A stretch of DNA of 63,994 nucleotides, the filler included, from Piedraia hortae CBS 480.64 (lineage: Eukaryota), in assembly GCA_010093745.1 (NCBI GenBank). It is 3 parts of 3 records of this genome, joined end to end, with 100 filler letters (N's around TTAATTAATTAA, not from the genome) between each part and the next. Parts side by side here need not be neighbours in the genome. Positions count along the whole stretch, not along the records: positions 44,259 to 63,994 come from MU006064.1; 2 more parts are not named here. One strand, written 5' to 3'. A model generated the notes under the pieces. The model searched no databases and was not told the origin of the DNA. It was given only the letters and a program-made list of their open reading frames with translations. Shown here one piece after another: positions 60,323 through 63,994 of this stretch; positions within the stretch are counted from its first letter, which is position 1, and the number at the start of each line of letters is the position of its first letter. Both the position numbers and the translations under genes were made by a program.

Positions 60323-61104
60323 GTTGCGTTGAAGGGAGTGAGAGGGGGCTTGTGGTTCAAGAGAGGGAACGTTGAGGGGTAGAGGTATGAGTATGCGGAA
60401 TAGATGAGAACGGTGCTTGCATCTGAGGATATGTTTCACTTGCTCGGTGTAAGCTAGCTTTGAAGATCGGGTTGGTAATGTGAAGGAATGTGGATTGCGA
60501 TCGTCAAGGTGGGCGGCTTGGCGAAAATGACAGTGATTTTTATTCTCTTGGATGGGAGACATGTTTCTATATTCTTCGAGTAGAATATTGCACGCAGTGG
60601 GGAAGACTTCGATCGGTTTAAAACAGTCCGATTGACTCTGCGCTTTAGGTGATTGAAAGTCCTACGCTGGACAGTCAGAAACAGCAAACTCAACAAGACG
60701 GGGGCAATTGTCCACGCTACAATACTGAATGTCTCCAGCTTGAATATACGTCCGATCCAATGTGTGGTGTCTAGGGCCTTGAAAAATGTGTAGAACAGTT
60801 TCTATTCGTAGCGTTGACGAGTGTCTGCGCCGCGGGGCAGAAGTTACATTCCGCCAGTTGAGTATAGTTTGAGAAAAATGTAATATAATGAAGGGGCATA
60901 AAGCCTCCCCGCTGGTCGGGAGGAAGTAGCCGTTGTTTCCTCATCTTTCATACGTGGGAAGAGATTACCACCTAGCAGGAGGTGGGAATTTCTTCCCACG
61001 GATAATGACTCTCAGGACCCGCCGATAGTGGATGCGCCAATAAGAAAGCTTTCACAAAGCAGAGCTGCCCAACGATAGAGACATACGCGCCAATAATAAA
61101 CTGG

Positions 61105-62618
61105 GAGAATGTAGCCGCTTGGGGGAGGAGGTGGGGGGGAGGAGGAGGGAAGCGTAAGCGCGATGATGAGGCGTTATCAGAGCCTTCAAGGCCGGCGAAA
61201 CGCTTGAAAATCAGCTCGTTAGTCGATTCGAGTGCAACAGACCGATATACTAACCCCGTTGTGCACTGAGTTCTCATCTCATAGTGTGGCCCTCCGACAT
61301 GTCTTATTCTTACAAATGCGGTCGTGCTGTTGCGATGGTACCATCGAGCGAGACTGCTGAAGATCTTCCCCCAGACCTATATGCCCTACTCAACTCAGCT
61401 GACAAGCAAGAATTTCAAACTATTGCTTGAAACTCTCTTTTGTGATCGGTAGATCCAGACTCAGAAACCAGGCAGACTGGATGCACTTCTTGTGCATAAC
61501 AAGCAACGAAGCTCAAGTCACGGAACAGCTATCCACATTACTATTACCAGAGCCTGCCGATATTCCCGACAAATACGACCAAACGAATGATTCGATCGAT
61601 CGGCAAGTATGCAACCTGTGGATCCGCAAATGGACAGATGCCATAACATTGCCAAAACCCAACTTCTCATATGCTATGAACCAAATTGCCTTTCAGCCTG
61701 AACATTTGGAACGCCTGATGTTTTATGGGACATTCCAGCCGGTGAATTTCTTCCCTGATGGCCGTTATTTTCCCTTTCTGGTCTGCGAAGTAATGTCCGC
61801 CAAAGGAAATATGAATAATTGTCATCAGCAGGCGGTCAAAGGCGCAATAACAGCAGTCAAAGGCATTGTCCCACTGTGTGCATACGCCGATCTCGGAGCC
61901 CTGGACGATATAGAGGCTAGGATTTTGTGCTATAGTATAGAAAACAATCATGAACGACTGAAAATCTTAGAGCACTTTTTTACCAGAGAAAATTGTGAAA
62001 TTCGTTACTATAACTACAAACTATTTCATGGCGAGCTGGAGGAAGATGTTATGGAAATAGTAGGTAGTGATTGCCAACGCGTGATTTGGAGCAAAGCCCT
62101 CGCCATCATGCGTGAGATCTTGGACGACTTCTACAAGACCCACTAATCACGCATCCTTGGGCTGGTGGACAAATAATCACAAATTGACCCGCAGCACGAT
62201 GTCACAATTGTTTGTGGAAAGCCATTAGCCATACCACCTATGTTCGGCAGACAATCGACAGATTTTATCTCGGAGCAAACCAGGATAATAGAGCTTGAGT
62301 TTCATGAGAGGCGGGAGCAGAAGATGGAGGCTGACCAAGAGAAGCGGAAGCTGGACTGGATGGCCAACCAAGAGCGGTTGGATAAAGCAAAGCATGACAT
62401 TATCAATGACCTCAAGCAGCAAATCACACAACTCGATGAAGAAATCAAAGTGATAGATGAAGGTCACAAGGCACAAATCAGAGAGCTAAATGAAGATCAT
62501 AAAGAACATATCAAAAAGCCAGAAGAGGACCACAAAAAGAGAGGAGGTGCTTGAGGAGAAATTCGAAGGACTTGAAGAGGATAGAAAAGTGCTCAAACAA
62601 AAGTTGGAGGATTCACTG
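61105..62618 (+). pseudogene. PD-(D/E)xK-like family copy 3, diverged
   Basis: KRKRDDE; NPVVH* versus DPVEHW in copy 1; PNFSYA...YFPFLVCEVMS, LCYSI and HFF; coiled-coil tail with KEHIK; stops and frameshifts. Confidence 0.75.
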
Positions 62619-63680
62619 ATGTTACATTACAACTCATAACGGAAATCCACGTACCACCAACGGCAGCCATGACTCTGCAACAAGCCTTCCACTATCGCTT
62701 CGTAACTGTTACCTTCATCAACCCCTGACTCTTCCAAATTAGCCCTCCATAATTTTCTTGAATGTACGATGTGTTCCCTTCCGTGATAATTGGCTTTTGA
62801 ATCGCCAGAATCGGGAATTTAGTTGGGTCGAGTGAGTCGAATACCTCTCTTGCGCGTTTGTGGGTAATATTTCCACATTAGCTATATTCACCCTTCTCTA
62901 CGTAGAGCTTCCAAGTAGAATACCACCTAAATTCTTGGTAGATTTTCGCATTGCCTCCATCCACAAAACTACGTAGCAGGTGCGTCTTCTGAGGCACTGC
63001 TCTTACTGGCACTCACATCCGCCAGAAACTCGGAAAGCTTGGTAAAACTCTTCTGAAGAGGATTGCAACGCTGCCGCAGTATGCCACACTGGACATGGAC
63101 ATCTTCGCCCGGCAGACCGGATGAATACAAGCCGGTATCCAGGCATAAAGCAAGCTCTTCAACGAACGCCCTATTCGTGGAAAGAAATTACCGCCCATCA
63201 AGCTTGGACATCCCGAGATCTTTCTTCCCACGTATACGTTTGTCTGCATCCATTTTTTGTCCCAAATGAACTTCAAACTCCAAGCGCAGCTGATTCATGT
63301 TCGGGTTTGCTAGTCATCTGCCAGTTGATGTTTCCATTCCGCAAAGTCGTGCGCATTCTGAGCAGCGGGAGCTGTACGTATACTCGAGCATTTTGGCAGC
63401 TTGGCTTGGTACAGCAACACCGGACCCATAACTCTGAGTCGACTGGCAGACGGCTTACATGTTCGTATTGGGTGCCGATCACTTGCTGGAGCCGTGGCTT
63501 GCGTTAGAGTCAGCAGGTCGCACTCCTGCCGCGTCGGATTGGTGTGCCATGTCAACTTCCATGAAAAGGCCTCGCGCTGCCGTGTTGTTCGTGCGTCGCT
63601 CCGCGTCTTTGGTAGTAACCACGCATTGCTCTTGTAAGGTTTCATAAGCCAAACAAGGTTTCAAACTGTCAAGGAACGCG

Positions 63681-63708
63681 TTGGAACCATGTCGAGACAT
63701 GGTTCCAA
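63681..63708. repeat. Perfect 13-bp inverted repeat with a 2-nt spacer
   Basis: TTGGAACCATGTC-GA-GACATGGTTCCAA. Confidence 0.9.
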
Positions 63709-63950
63709 AAGCTACCTAACCACTTCTGTGTTCGCGACAGCGCCCTCAGAGAGGACGCGAACACTCGCAGCAGCCGCCCCTGTATTGTCGTTGGATACAA
63801 AGAGAGCGAAGGGATTCGCTTACTTCACTCCGATGTGGCGAAAAATGAATCCATCAACAGTGTATATGTTGTTTTCTGGCGGCGGAAAAGAGAAAATGAG
63901 GGATAGACTAGTGCGCCAAGACTGACCCACATTTTGACCCGACCCGGACC

Positions 63951-63994
63951 TATTATAATTGTGAGCAGATGTGTACCTGCATACAAATCTCTAC
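63951..63994 (-). mobile_element. LTR family A, partial copy at window end
   Basis: Identical to 22136-22179. Confidence 0.9.

Noticed and set aside
1..63994. Apparent 20-22 kb periodic spacing of the 124-bp repeat
   Set aside because: The copies mark contig breaks. The pieces (22312, 21746, 19736 bp) are joined by artificial linkers in decreasing size, so the spacing is probably an assembly artefact.

Overview
Fungal genomic DNA from a filamentous ascomycete or black yeast (inferred from esdC, tinA, artA and a DHN-melanin scytalone dehydratase). Genes are tightly packed and most introns are only about 41-50 nt. The window is three contigs (1-22312, 22413-44158, 44259-63994) joined by 100-nt N/TTAATTAATTAA/N linkers, so adjacency across the linkers is unproven. 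Four of the six contig ends stop in or just beside identical copies of a ~124-bp Copia-type LTR. Core genes: MEK1 kinase, a tiny intron-split RPL41 missed by the ORF track, a telobox-Myb protein, an MTC4-like gene, TRAX, a syntaxin, a twin-CX9C protein, 6-phosphogluconolactonase, two tandem sulfotransferase-family genes, a patatin lipase, NSP1, 14-3-3, a NAM8-like RRM gene, scytalone dehydratase, TinA and EsdC. Accessory regions hold a complete Mutator element with TIRs and a 9-bp TSD, several solo LTRs with TSDs (two nested in a GH16 pseudogene), relics of LINE, Gypsy, Copia, piggyBac, Harbinger and pogo elements, and a CWC21 fragment. The best candidate for an undescribed system is a three-copy PD-(D/E)xK-like nuclease family: one copy keeps the predicted catalytic residues and the other two have lost the same two residues by different substitutions. 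All calls come from reading motifs by eye; no database searches were run.
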